Shown here piece by piece: positions 36,347 through 45,118 of a stretch of DNA of 47,204 bases. Each line of letters starts with the position of its first letter. Within the stretch, counting starts at the first letter, position 1. The stretch lies in assembly GCA_964544395.1 (NCBI GenBank), contig CAZJAO010000004.1, forward strand, positions 1-47,204, in the 5' to 3' direction. The notes beneath the pieces are model-generated. The model saw only the letters and a program-made list of their open reading frames with translations, was not told the origin of the DNA and did no database searches. The stretch comes from Candidatus Woesearchaeota archaeon. Its GTDB lineage: Archaea > Nanobdellota > Nanobdellia > Pacearchaeales > GW2011-AR1. The position numbers and the translations under genes are program-made.

Positions 36347-36416
36347 TAATAATCAATTATATAAGACGGGGTTTTTAAGTTATTTTATACAAGAACAGTT
36401 ACGGAATTTCTAAAAA

Positions 36417-36980
36417 TTATTTTCCTTTCCGATAATGCACCGATTCTTCTGGTTTTGTATAAGAGTTTATTTCTTCTGAAGAAAACCAGAATTCAATTTC
36501 TTTTGGCGCATCATCTTTATTGTCCGTTGTATGAATTATTGTTAAGTTTGGCCGATTGGATTTATTTGCTAATTCAAAAGTATCATGTGAGAAATCTCCC
36601 CGGATAGTTCCTGGAGGGGCTTCATCAATATTAGTGGGGCCTGTTAGTTTCTTTACAGTGTGAACCGCATTATGGCCTTCAAGGACTATTGCGATTATTG
36701 GAGAAATCTGCATATCTTCAATCAAACTTTCCACAATTCCTCCCCCAACTTTTATTGGGTCTGTATCACTTGGGAGATTTAGTTTTTTCTTGTAAAGTTC
36801 CCCTTTATCTTTTAACCATTTTTCATCCTTAAAATAATGCTTTTCCAAGATTTCTCTTTGAGCTCTAATCATTTTAATTGCGACAATCTTCATTCCGACT
36901 TTTTCAAATCTCTGTATTATTTCACCGACAATACCCCTTAGTATACCATCTGGTTTTATCAGCACCAATGTTCTTTCCAT
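36417..36980 (-). CDS. ndk: Nucleoside-diphosphate kinase
   Basis: ERTLVLIKPDG, PGTIRGDF, catalytic His in IIHTTD. Confidence 0.92.
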   Translation of the reverse strand: MERTLVLIKPDGILRGIVGEIIQRFEKVGMKIVAIKMIRAQREILEKHYFKDEKWLKDKGELYKKKLNLPSDTDPIKVGGGIVESLIEDMQISPIIAIVLEGHNAVHTVKKLTGPTNIDEAPPGTIRGDFSHDTFELANKSNRPNLTIIHTTDNKDDAPKEIEFWFSSEEINSYTKPEESVHYRKGK

Positions 36981-37117
36981 TTTAGAATTCTGGAAATCTT
37001 ATTTATAAGTTTTTATATAAAATTATTTAAAACAATTTTCTTTTTGCCTGTTATGAAAAATAGGAAATTTTTCTATGTCCTCGTTTCACTGCGGATACCA
37101 AACAGGAGTTTTGCATA

Positions 37118-38332
37118 ATGGAAATCATTGCGGATTTACAGATTCATTCACGATTTGCAAGAGCTACTTCAAAAGACATTACATTTGATAAGCTGGAAGA
37201 GTATGCAAGAATCAAGGGAATAAATCTTCTTGGAACTGGTGATTTTCAGCATCCGAAATGGAATATAGAAATTAAAGAGAAATTGAAAGAAGATGATAAG
37301 GGAATTTTATGGAGTGCAACAGGATTTCCTTTTATCTGGCAAACTGAAGTAAGCCTGATGTTTTCCAAAGGTGGAAAAAGAAGGGCAGTCCACCTGCTGA
37401 TTTTTGCTCCTAATACTGAAATTGCTGATAGAATTGTTTCTTATCTTGGAAGCAAGGGACGTTTGGATTATGATGGAAGACCCATTTTTGGAATAACTGG
37501 AGAATTGCTAGTCAAAGAGTTAAAAGAGATAAGTGAAAAAATTGAAATCATTCCTGCTCATTGCATGACTCCTTGGTTTGGATTATACGGAAGCGATTCG
37601 GGTTTTGATTCTATTGAAGAGTGCTTTGGCGAGCAAGCAAAAAATATTCATGCTATTGAATCTGGAATGAGTGCGGACCCTGCAATGCTCTGGAGATTCA
37701 AAGAGAAGGTGAATGTTGTGAGCTTTTCTGATGCACATTCCTTTTGGCCTTGGCGTATTGGAAGAGAATGCACTATTTTTGAATTTGATGAATTGAGTTA
37801 TGATAATATAATGAAGGCGATTATAACCGGCAATGGTTTAAAGGGGACAATTGAAACCCCTCCTGAATATGGCAAGTATCATTATGATGGGCACAGGAAT
37901 TGCAATTTTTCATGTTCTCCAGCGGAGACAAAAAAGCTTAATGGCATCTGTCCAATTTGCGGAAAGAAATTAACAATTGGCGTTGATTACCGAGTTGAGC
38001 AAATTGCAAAAGAGGAAGCAGGATTTATTCCTCCTAATTCTAGGTCTTATTACAAATTGATCCCTCTTCATGAATTAATTGCTTTTTCATACAAAACAAC
38101 GATGGCATCAAAAAAGGCCTGGACAATTTATAATGAACTTATTTTAAAATTCAAAAATGAATTCAATATATTACTTAATGTCAAAAAAGAGGATTTGCAT
38201 AGAGAAAAGGTGAATGAAGCTCTGATTGAACTGATTATGCTCGGACGGGAAGGAAAATTGAAAGTCAAACCAGGATATGATGGAGTTTATGGCGAAGTTT
38301 TACTTGCTCCTAAACAGGCGACTTTGATTTAG
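37118..38332 (+). CDS. endoQ: PHP-domain endonuclease Q-like protein
   Basis: DLQIHSRFARATS, GTGD, HCMTPW, SDAHS, GKYHYDGHRNC...CPICG, PGYDGVYG; PIP-like tail KQATLI. Confidence 0.85.
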   Translation: MEIIADLQIHSRFARATSKDITFDKLEEYARIKGINLLGTGDFQHPKWNIEIKEKLKEDDKGILWSATGFPFIWQTEVSLMFSKGGKRRAVHLLIFAPNTEIADRIVSYLGSKGRLDYDGRPIFGITGELLVKELKEISEKIEIIPAHCMTPWFGLYGSDSGFDSIEECFGEQAKNIHAIESGMSADPAMLWRFKEKVNVVSFSDAHSFWPWRIGRECTIFEFDELSYDNIMKAIITGNGLKGTIETPPEYGKYHYDGHRNCNFSCSPAETKKLNGICPICGKKLTIGVDYRVEQIAKEEAGFIPPNSRSYYKLIPLHELIAFSYKTTMASKKAWTIYNELILKFKNEFNILLNVKKEDLHREKVNEALIELIMLGREGKLKVKPGYDGVYGEVLLAPKQATLI

Positions 38333-38438
38333 ATCTTTGAATAAATTTATAATGAGCATCAGAAGTTTTAATCTTGCAGGAAGTGCATTCTTCTTTTAGT
38401 GTATAAGATCTGCAGGATTTACATTTTTTCAATTTCAT
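38310..38438 (-). CDS. nop10: Nop10-like zinc-ribbon protein, C-terminally short (not in ORF track)
   Basis: MKLKKCKSCRSYTLKEECTSCKIKTSDAHYKF...; ATGA overlap with the aIF2alpha stop, the usual archaeal aIF2alpha-nop10 order. Confidence 0.8.
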   Translation of the reverse strand: MKLKKCKSCRSYTLKEECTSCKIKTSDAHYKFIQRSKSKSPV

Positions 38439-39139
38439 TTTTCTATAATATCAAATTCCATTCCCTGTTTTTTTGCATATTTTTCTATTTCAGAAATTAT
38501 TGCCTTCAGAATATTATCTGCATTTTTAATGTCTTTTGATTCTGTTTTTATTGAATAATGGCCTGCAGAGATATATTTAACTTCAGCATTTGATATTTTT
38601 CCTAAGACTTCTCTTATCAAATCTGCTCCATTTGGTTTAAGAGACTTAAGCAATACCTCTCTCTTGACATTGTAATTCTTTTCTTTTTGAACTCCTATAA
38701 TATCCAAAATCTTTTTGGCATTTTCTTTTCCGGCAATTTCTTCCAACCTCTTTGAATCTTTTTTTGCTTCTTCCAAGAAATCAGATAATCGTTCTTTAGT
38801 TGTAATAATCTTAATAATCTCTTCGGTTTTATCCCCCAATATGCTTTTCAGAATGCTGATATAACTTCTTTCTGCTTTGTATTGTTCAAGAACTTCTTTC
38901 TGTTCTTTTTGAGTAACTCTTCGCAAAGACAAATCAATTCTATTCCCAGAAACTCTCAAAATTTTGCATACAATTTTCTTTTTTGGAACGACGTAATCCC
39001 TTAGATTTCTTATTCTCCCCGGAGCGATTTCACTTGTCATAATGCTTCCCTCGCCATTTCCTTCTATGCTTACAAATACATTTGTTCCTTCTATTCTTTC
39101 AACAGTGCATAAGACAATGTCCCCTTCTTCAAATTCCAT
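38435..39139 (-). CDS. eif2a: Translation initiation factor 2 alpha subunit
   Basis: S1 domain EEGDIVLCTV...SEIAPGRIRNLRDYV...IDLSLRRV; C-terminal YISAGHY. Confidence 0.9.
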   Translation of the reverse strand: MEFEEGDIVLCTVERIEGTNVFVSIEGNGEGSIMTSEIAPGRIRNLRDYVVPKKKIVCKILRVSGNRIDLSLRRVTQKEQKEVLEQYKAERSYISILKSILGDKTEEIIKIITTKERLSDFLEEAKKDSKRLEEIAGKENAKKILDIIGVQKEKNYNVKREVLLKSLKPNGADLIREVLGKISNAEVKYISAGHYSIKTESKDIKNADNILKAIISEIEKYAKKQGMEFDIIEK

Positions 39140-39176
39140 AATTTAGAAACAGACATGCGAGTTTTAAAGGTTTCTT

Positions 39177-40517
39177 CTATATCTTTACCAATTCAATTTC
39201 TAGGTCTTTCTTTAACTTATCAATAAACTCCTGTTCTTTAGAAATAGGAAAAGTGCATCCTGCAGCATATTTGTGCCCTCCAAATTCTCCCCCCACTTCT
39301 GATGTGGCTCTCTCCAAAATTTCCCTTACACTTCTTCCTCCACCGACTGTTCTTGCAGAAACTTTTATTTGATTGTTATCTGCATAGGATAAGGCGACTA
39401 TAACTGTTCCCGGTTCGTAGAGCGATGATTTTGAGAGGATTGTTGCAATCACACTAATCAAAACATCATTAATCTGTGATTTTGCATTTAAGATTAGATA
39501 TCCGTTTCCTTTTATCTGCTCTATGCTTCCAACAGAATTTAATCCGCTGATTATCATCTGCTTATATTTTGCATACAACTTTTCAACTTGTTTTTTGGCC
39601 TTGGAATTTTCGAGGCAGTATAATATCGAAACGTATGGCTCACCTAATCTACTGCAAGCATTTATTTTTGCGCTCATTTCCCGCGCGTCTTCCAGCTGAT
39701 TAAAATGCTTTACCAAAAAAATATTTCCAATTAAATTTTCATTATTTCTTTCCAAACGCCTAAGAAGGACTGCAGTAACCATCTTAGTCATCTCTTCTTC
39801 ATTTAATTCAATAAGACTTTTGTATTGTCCATTCTGCCTTTCAAATCCAATTTCTTTCAACAATTGGAATACTCCCTCCCTATTTCCGGTTACTGACGGA
39901 ATATAAGGCTCTGAACTAAATTCAAGCACGTTGTTCAGTGGGCGAGTGGAAGGATAAAGAAGCAAACCTTTCTTAATTACAATATCTGCATCTTTAGTTA
40001 TCTCATTATTGGAAATGTCAATATGCGGAACAGAGTCCCCAATCATTCCGATAATAGCTAATGAGCTCAAATCTTTATTTTGAGCGTCTATTCTTTTAGC
40101 AAAGAGGTAGCATAAGCCTGAACTGCTGATTTCCTCTTTTTTTTCATGCAGCTGAGAATTTACAATGGAAATATTTTCGGGAACTTTTTGGGTAATTTCA
40201 TGATGGTCAATTATGAAGATTTCCTGATTAAGATTCTTTAAATATTCTAATGAGTTTGAACTTAAATCAAGAAAGAAAAGAATTCTATTTACTGGAAGCT
40301 TAGATATAATTTCTGGAGAAAGAGATTTAACAATCAATGTATTGAATTTTCTATCCAATCTCTTTAGGCATTTTATTATAATTGATGCAGCAGTTATCCC
40401 ATCCGTGTCAAAATGACTTATTATCTGGACTTCTTTTTCTTTTGGAGTTTTCAAAAATTTTTCTGCAAGTTGCACAATACTGTCGCTCAAACTGTTAGTT
40501 AATAATTCATTTATCAT
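39177..40517 (-). CDS. DHH-family phosphoesterase (RecJ/GAN/HAN-like)
   Basis: SHFDTDG, FLD, IDHH, GMIGD, DHHA1 motif GGHKYAAG. Confidence 0.88.
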   Translation of the reverse strand: MINELLTNSLSDSIVQLAEKFLKTPKEKEVQIISHFDTDGITAASIIIKCLKRLDRKFNTLIVKSLSPEIISKLPVNRILFFLDLSSNSLEYLKNLNQEIFIIDHHEITQKVPENISIVNSQLHEKKEEISSSGLCYLFAKRIDAQNKDLSSLAIIGMIGDSVPHIDISNNEITKDADIVIKKGLLLYPSTRPLNNVLEFSSEPYIPSVTGNREGVFQLLKEIGFERQNGQYKSLIELNEEEMTKMVTAVLLRRLERNNENLIGNIFLVKHFNQLEDAREMSAKINACSRLGEPYVSILYCLENSKAKKQVEKLYAKYKQMIISGLNSVGSIEQIKGNGYLILNAKSQINDVLISVIATILSKSSLYEPGTVIVALSYADNNQIKVSARTVGGGRSVREILERATSEVGGEFGGHKYAAGCTFPISKEQEFIDKLKKDLEIELVKI

Positions 40518-40539
40518 TCTGACCTCTTTATCAATAAGC

Positions 40540-40914
40540 TCACTTATTCAGTCCAAAATATCCCTTGAGCTTTCTGAAATTACCATAAATTTTTTCCCTA
40601 TCTTTCTTTGCTTTTTTATCCTGCTTGTTCGTTTGAAAATGCTTGTCTAAGTTGTCTAATTTTGTCTGAATATTCTTTAAATCAGGACTTGAATATAAGC
40701 CATGTTTTCTTAATATCTTAGAAATTTTTATACTGTGCTCTGAAGGATGAATTCCTTTTTTCCTTAATGCTTCGCCAATTTTCTCCGAGGTCAAGCCTTC
40801 TTTTGCCAATTCTACTACTTTCTTTTCATATTCTTCTGCAGTAAGCTTTTTAACAGATTCTTTTTTCTCTGTTTCTTCTGTTTTATTCTCTGCTTCTTTT
40901 GACTTTTTTGGCAT
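40540..40914 (-). CDS. rps15: 30S ribosomal protein uS15 (divergent)
   Basis: KKVVELAKEGLTSEKIGEALR...ISKIL...HFQTNKQDKKAK; adjacent to the DHH gene as is usual in archaea; ATG at 40914. Confidence 0.82.
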   Translation of the reverse strand: MPKKSKEAENKTEETEKKESVKKLTAEEYEKKVVELAKEGLTSEKIGEALRKKGIHPSEHSIKISKILRKHGLYSSPDLKNIQTKLDNLDKHFQTNKQDKKAKKDREKIYGNFRKLKGYFGLNK

Positions 40915-40994
40915 CTTAGTATGTTGCAAAATCGTTTTTTAAACCTTGCTATGAATTTGTAAAGATATTTAAATTTAATTTTGATAATTCAATA

Positions 40995-41795
40995 ATGGGC
41001 AAGGTTATAGGAATCTTGAGTCTAAAAGGAGGCGTTGGTAAGACTTCAGTAGTGCTTTCTTTAGGTTCGGCTATTGCAGATTTAGGAAGAAGAGTTTTGT
41101 TGATAGACGGAAACTTTTCTGCCCCAAATTTAGGGGTCAGTCTCAATATAATTGAACCGGAAGTAACAATCCATCATGTTTTAAACAGCGACCAGAATAT
41201 TGAAGATGCGATAATGCCGATGGACGAATTTAATTTCGATTTAATTCCCGCATCTATTTTTTTCAGGAGCAAATTAAATCTCTTCAAATTTAAAGACAAA
41301 ATAAAATTGCTGAAAGATAGATATGATGTCGTACTTGTTGACTCATCTCCTGCCTTGAATGATGAGACTCTAGCCGTGATGCTGGCTTCTGATGAACTTA
41401 TTATTGTAACGACTCCTGATTATCCGACTCTTACTATGACTGTTAAAGCAATAAAAGATGCAAAAACAAGAGGAATGAAAATAGATGGTTTGATTTTAAA
41501 CAAGGTTTACAACAAGCCCTTTGAATTATCTCTTGATGATATTGAGAAAACTGCAGAAGTTCCTATTTTAGCAGTCATACCCGATGACATCAATGTCGTG
41601 AAATCTGTTTCCAAATTTACACCCGCTTTTGCTTATGACCCAAAGTCGAAGGGAAGCAAGGAATATAGAAAACTTGCAGGCGTGATAATTGGGGAAAAGT
41701 ACACGCCAACATTCTTTGAACGCTTTCTCAAAATTGTCCCAAAAAGACAGGATGTAAACCGGGAACTATTTTACGAAAGTGTTTTCAAAGATTAG
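40995..41795 (+). CDS. minD: MinD/ParA-family ATPase
   Basis: Deviant Walker A KGGVGKT, VLVDSSP, ILNKV, LAVIPDD. Confidence 0.85.
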   Translation: MGKVIGILSLKGGVGKTSVVLSLGSAIADLGRRVLLIDGNFSAPNLGVSLNIIEPEVTIHHVLNSDQNIEDAIMPMDEFNFDLIPASIFFRSKLNLFKFKDKIKLLKDRYDVVLVDSSPALNDETLAVMLASDELIIVTTPDYPTLTMTVKAIKDAKTRGMKIDGLILNKVYNKPFELSLDDIEKTAEVPILAVIPDDINVVKSVSKFTPAFAYDPKSKGSKEYRKLAGVIIGEKYTPTFFERFLKIVPKRQDVNRELFYESVFKD

Positions 41796-41838
41796 ATAAT
41801 AGGAATTCTTATAAATAAACTCTTTTTTGTTTTATTAC

Positions 41839-41968
41839 AGCCCCATAGTACAGCGGTCAAGTATGCAAGCCTTTGAAGCTGAGGAGAACCAAGTTTCTCC
41901 CTATACTAACCTCTCCTTGTGAGAGTCAAAGAAAGCTTGTGACCCAGGTTCGAATCCTGGTGGGGCTA
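41839..41968 (+). tRNA. tRNA-Gln(UUG) with a 57-nt canonical intron (41877-41933)
   Basis: AGCCCCA/TGGGGCT acceptor, CAAGC-CTTTGA|intron|A-GCTTG anticodon arm, CCAGG-TTCGAAT-CCTGG T-arm; CTTT/AAAG central helix with two 3-nt bulges (BHB-like). Confidence 0.9.
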
Positions 41969-42005
41969 TAGTTAATTTTATAACAAATTATCTCTTGTTT
42001 CTTTT

Positions 42006-42641
42006 ATGAAACTTCTTTTGACTTCTGCAGGAATAACCAATAAAAGTCTTGAGAACGCTTTAAGGAAATTAGTCAAAACGGAAATAAAAATTGCTTTTAT
42101 TCCTACTGCTGCAAATGAAAATGGTGGAGATAAGGATTGGCTTAATGAAAATCTAAATGAATGCAGAAAACTAGGCCATGTTGAAGTAGCCGATATTTCT
42201 TTGGATAAAAAAGAATGGTTGCCGGAGTTGGAGAGAGCAAATGTAATTCTTGTTGGCGGAGGAGATACTGCTTATTTGATGAATTGGATTTTGAAATCTG
42301 GATTAGCTAATGAATTTCCAAGATTACTAAAAAGAAGAGCTTATGTCGGAATTAGTGCCGGAAGTCTTGTACTGAGCAAAGAGATACAGGGGAAGTCTGA
42401 GCGTTTGTATGGAGATGAAACAGAAAATCCGCCGAATGGATTAGGTTATATAAATTTTCAAATCAGGCCTCATTTGAATTCGCCTTATTTCCCAAAAATT
42501 AGAGATAAGAATTTAAGAGAACTTTCAAAAAATTTGGTTGGAGATTTGTATGCCCTAGATGATAACTCCGGAGTATTATATGACGATGGGAAAATAGAAG
42601 TTATCTCTGAAGGTCATTGGATAAAATATTCTAAATTATGA
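42006..42641 (+). CDS. Peptidase S51 (peptidase E-like)
   Basis: IAFIPTA, VGGGDT, nucleophile elbow GISAGS, PH in QIRPHLN. Confidence 0.88.
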   Translation: MKLLLTSAGITNKSLENALRKLVKTEIKIAFIPTAANENGGDKDWLNENLNECRKLGHVEVADISLDKKEWLPELERANVILVGGGDTAYLMNWILKSGLANEFPRLLKRRAYVGISAGSLVLSKEIQGKSERLYGDETENPPNGLGYINFQIRPHLNSPYFPKIRDKNLRELSKNLVGDLYALDDNSGVLYDDGKIEVISEGHWIKYSKL

Positions 42642-43265
42642 GCCCTGCTTGTATCTTCCTCTTTTCTATACTATATTGAATCTTTCCAAAATTCTATTGG
42701 CATCTTTGTAATTCTTCGAATAGCCTTATTTTACAGAATTAAACATTGTTTCTCCTTTGTTTGCGAATCCTGCTTCAAATGCTTCTCGAATAAGATGCAA
42801 ATCAACTGCTTTATCTTCAACTTTTGGACTTATGAAGCCCAAACCGAAGTCTATGAAATAAATATCTTCCAAATTATTTTCATCAACATGCAGAATCATG
42901 TTTGAGGTAGTCAAATCACCATGTATAATATTTGCTTCATGAAGTTTTGCAATGTTCTCCCCGATTTTCTCACATATTTCTTTTTGTTTTTTTGAAGAAA
43001 ATTTATCAAGATTGCCGGAAAGTCTTTTTCCTTCAATTGCCTGCATGATTATTTCTTTCTTGTTTTCGTTAACTTTCAGAACCTGCGGGACAGAAATTAC
43101 TTTTGAAGCCCGCTCAAGAAGCTTGGCTTCATTTCGTGTGCGAAGTTTTCTTATCTTTTCATCAAGCTCTTTTAATCGGTATGACTTCTCGATTCTCTTT
43201 TTTGTTACTTCTTTGCCTTGCTGAGTTATTATTGCCTCTGCGCCCTGACTAAGAATTTCTGACAT
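42636..43265 (-). pseudogene. bud32: KEOPS kinase Bud32 interrupted by two in-frame stops near the C-terminus
   Basis: QGAEA, KRIEKSYR, HGDLTTSN, IDFGLG; the frame continues VK*GYSKNYKDANRILERFNIV*KRGRYKQGS* with TAA at 42726-42728 and TAG at 42666-42668. Confidence 0.8.
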
Positions 43266-43267
43266 TA

Positions 43268-43717
43268 TTACTTCAATACAATTTTATTTTTTTCTATTTC
43301 AATCTCTCTTCTTTTCCATGGAACATTCATGACGATGAAAGATACGACCATTCCGAAATCAACTACAAGACAATATTTGCAGAAAGCATGAAGAACAAAT
43401 TTTTGCAAATAAAGGAAATAGAATGAAATCATCGCTCCAAAAAATACTCCCAGATTGATTATTGATTTTTTATGTTTATGAGGCTTTCTGATATGAGAAT
43501 AAACCATAAGAGACATTAAGCTGAATATTATAATTCCAAAATAACTGTTTTCTATTCCAAAGGTTTTGGCATAAACTGATGTTTGAACTGTATTGCAACC
43601 TTCAAGCTGTGTGCAAATAAGTGGCAGGGGGATAACTGAGAGAAGAATCGAGCATATTAATGCAATTATGAAAATAGTAAGAAGTATTCTATATTTTAGG
43701 TCCCGTATAATCTTCAT
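43268..43717 (-). CDS. Vitamin K epoxide reductase (VKOR) family disulfide-forming protein
   Basis: CTQLEGCNTVQTS loop cysteines, FGIENSYFG, active-site FCKYC. Confidence 0.88.
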   Translation of the reverse strand: MKIIRDLKYRILLTIFIIALICSILLSVIPLPLICTQLEGCNTVQTSVYAKTFGIENSYFGIIIFSLMSLMVYSHIRKPHKHKKSIINLGVFFGAMISFYFLYLQKFVLHAFCKYCLVVDFGMVVSFIVMNVPWKRREIEIEKNKIVLK

Positions 43718-43718
43718 T

Positions 43719-45080
43719 TTAAATTCTCCTTCCTTTCTTTCCGAATTTCTTCATCATCTTCTGCAATTGCTTTTGATTTATTCCTCCTGAAAAATCTGCA
43801 GACTCTTTTATCATGCTGCTTAAAGCATCATATTGTTTTAACAATGAACGTACATCACTTGTATTTACACCCGCACCTTTGGCAATTCTTGCTATCCTTG
43901 AAGTTTCTTTTCTTATCAATTCAGGATTCTCTCTTTCTTGAAGCGTCATTGATTTTAAAATATGCTCCCATTTTGCAATCTTCTGCTGCTGATTTTCCAT
44001 CATGCCTTCAGGAATTTTTGCATTTGACAATCCTGGAATCATTGATTTTATTTTATCAAAGCCACCAAGGGAATTCATAGACTTAGTCTGTTCAATAATA
44101 TCGCTTAAAGTTAATTTTCCTTCTTCTAATCTTTTCTGAATCTGATTTTGCTTTCCTTCATCCGTTACGGAACGAACTTTCTCAATGAGCGCTTCCAAAT
44201 CTCCCATTCCAAGAAGTCTCGATAAGAAAGATTCGGGATTGAATTCTTCAATATCATTTATCTTTTCTCCTGTTGCTATAAAATAGACGGGGGCTTTTGT
44301 TTCTGCACATGCAGTCAAAGCTCCGCCTCCTTTTGCTGTAGAATCCATTCTTGTGATTATTACTCCTGAGATATTGATTGCTTCCTTGAATTGCGAAGCC
44401 TGCTGCTTGGCTGCCTGCCCTATATCTGCAGGCATTACAAGAATTGTTTCTGTTGGAGCAATTTCTTTGTTTAAAGCTTTTAATTCCTTAATTAATTCAT
44501 CATCCAGCGTATGCCTTCCTGCTGTATCGACAATTATCAAATCGAATTTCTCGAGTTTTTTTTCTTTCTCCAATTTTTTCCAGATTTTTACGGCATTCTT
44601 TTCATCTTTGTCAATAAAATACGATAGATTGTTCTTTTCAGCGAGCTGCTGCAATTGCTCTGATGCTGCTGGACGGTGAACATCTAGTCCAATCAATGCA
44701 ACTTTCTTTCCTCTTTTTGCAAAATAATTTCCAATCTTTGCAGAAGTAGTAGTTTTACCTGCACCATACAATCCTAAAAGCAGAATTCTATTTTCTTTTC
44801 CGAGCGTTAATTGTTTGTATTCTCCAAGCAAGCCGAGAAGTTCATCATGAAGAGCTTTTATGAGGTGCTCTTTTTTATCTATTCCTTTAATCCTTTCATC
44901 AAAAGCGATTTTCTTTAGTTTATCGCTTAATTCTTTAACCAAATGAATATTCACGTCAGCTTCAATCAATGCTCTTTGCAGGTCTCTTAATATAGAGTCT
45001 ACTACATTCTTATCGAGAAAAATTGCATTTGTTATTCTGTTTGTGGCTTTTTTCAATACTTCTCCAAGACGTTCTAGCAT
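43719..45080 (-). CDS. srp54: Signal recognition particle protein SRP54
   Basis: ALIEADVN, GLYGAGKTT, DVHRPAA, DTAGR, TRMD..AKGGGAL, SRLLGMGD, M-domain SRIARIAKGAG; ATG at 45080. Confidence 0.96.
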   Translation of the reverse strand: MLERLGEVLKKATNRITNAIFLDKNVVDSILRDLQRALIEADVNIHLVKELSDKLKKIAFDERIKGIDKKEHLIKALHDELLGLLGEYKQLTLGKENRILLLGLYGAGKTTTSAKIGNYFAKRGKKVALIGLDVHRPAASEQLQQLAEKNNLSYFIDKDEKNAVKIWKKLEKEKKLEKFDLIIVDTAGRHTLDDELIKELKALNKEIAPTETILVMPADIGQAAKQQASQFKEAINISGVIITRMDSTAKGGGALTACAETKAPVYFIATGEKINDIEEFNPESFLSRLLGMGDLEALIEKVRSVTDEGKQNQIQKRLEEGKLTLSDIIEQTKSMNSLGGFDKIKSMIPGLSNAKIPEGMMENQQQKIAKWEHILKSMTLQERENPELIRKETSRIARIAKGAGVNTSDVRSLLKQYDALSSMIKESADFSGGINQKQLQKMMKKFGKKGRRI

Positions 45081-45118
45081 AAAAATAGAAGCAGAATAAG
45101 GATTATTAAATTTTGGGT

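Noticed and set aside
37053-37118. 21-aa uORF (MKNRKFFYVLVSLRIPNRSFA) overlapping the endoQ start via TAATG
   Set aside because: Too short, no motif, and plausible by chance in AT-rich intergenic DNA; would need conservation data
42636-42728. Stop-codon reassignment (TAA/TAG to Glu) explaining the bud32 read-through
   Set aside because: TAA and TAG terminate many intact conserved genes at expected lengths here (cdc6, DP2, radA, nop10), so there is no genome-wide recoding
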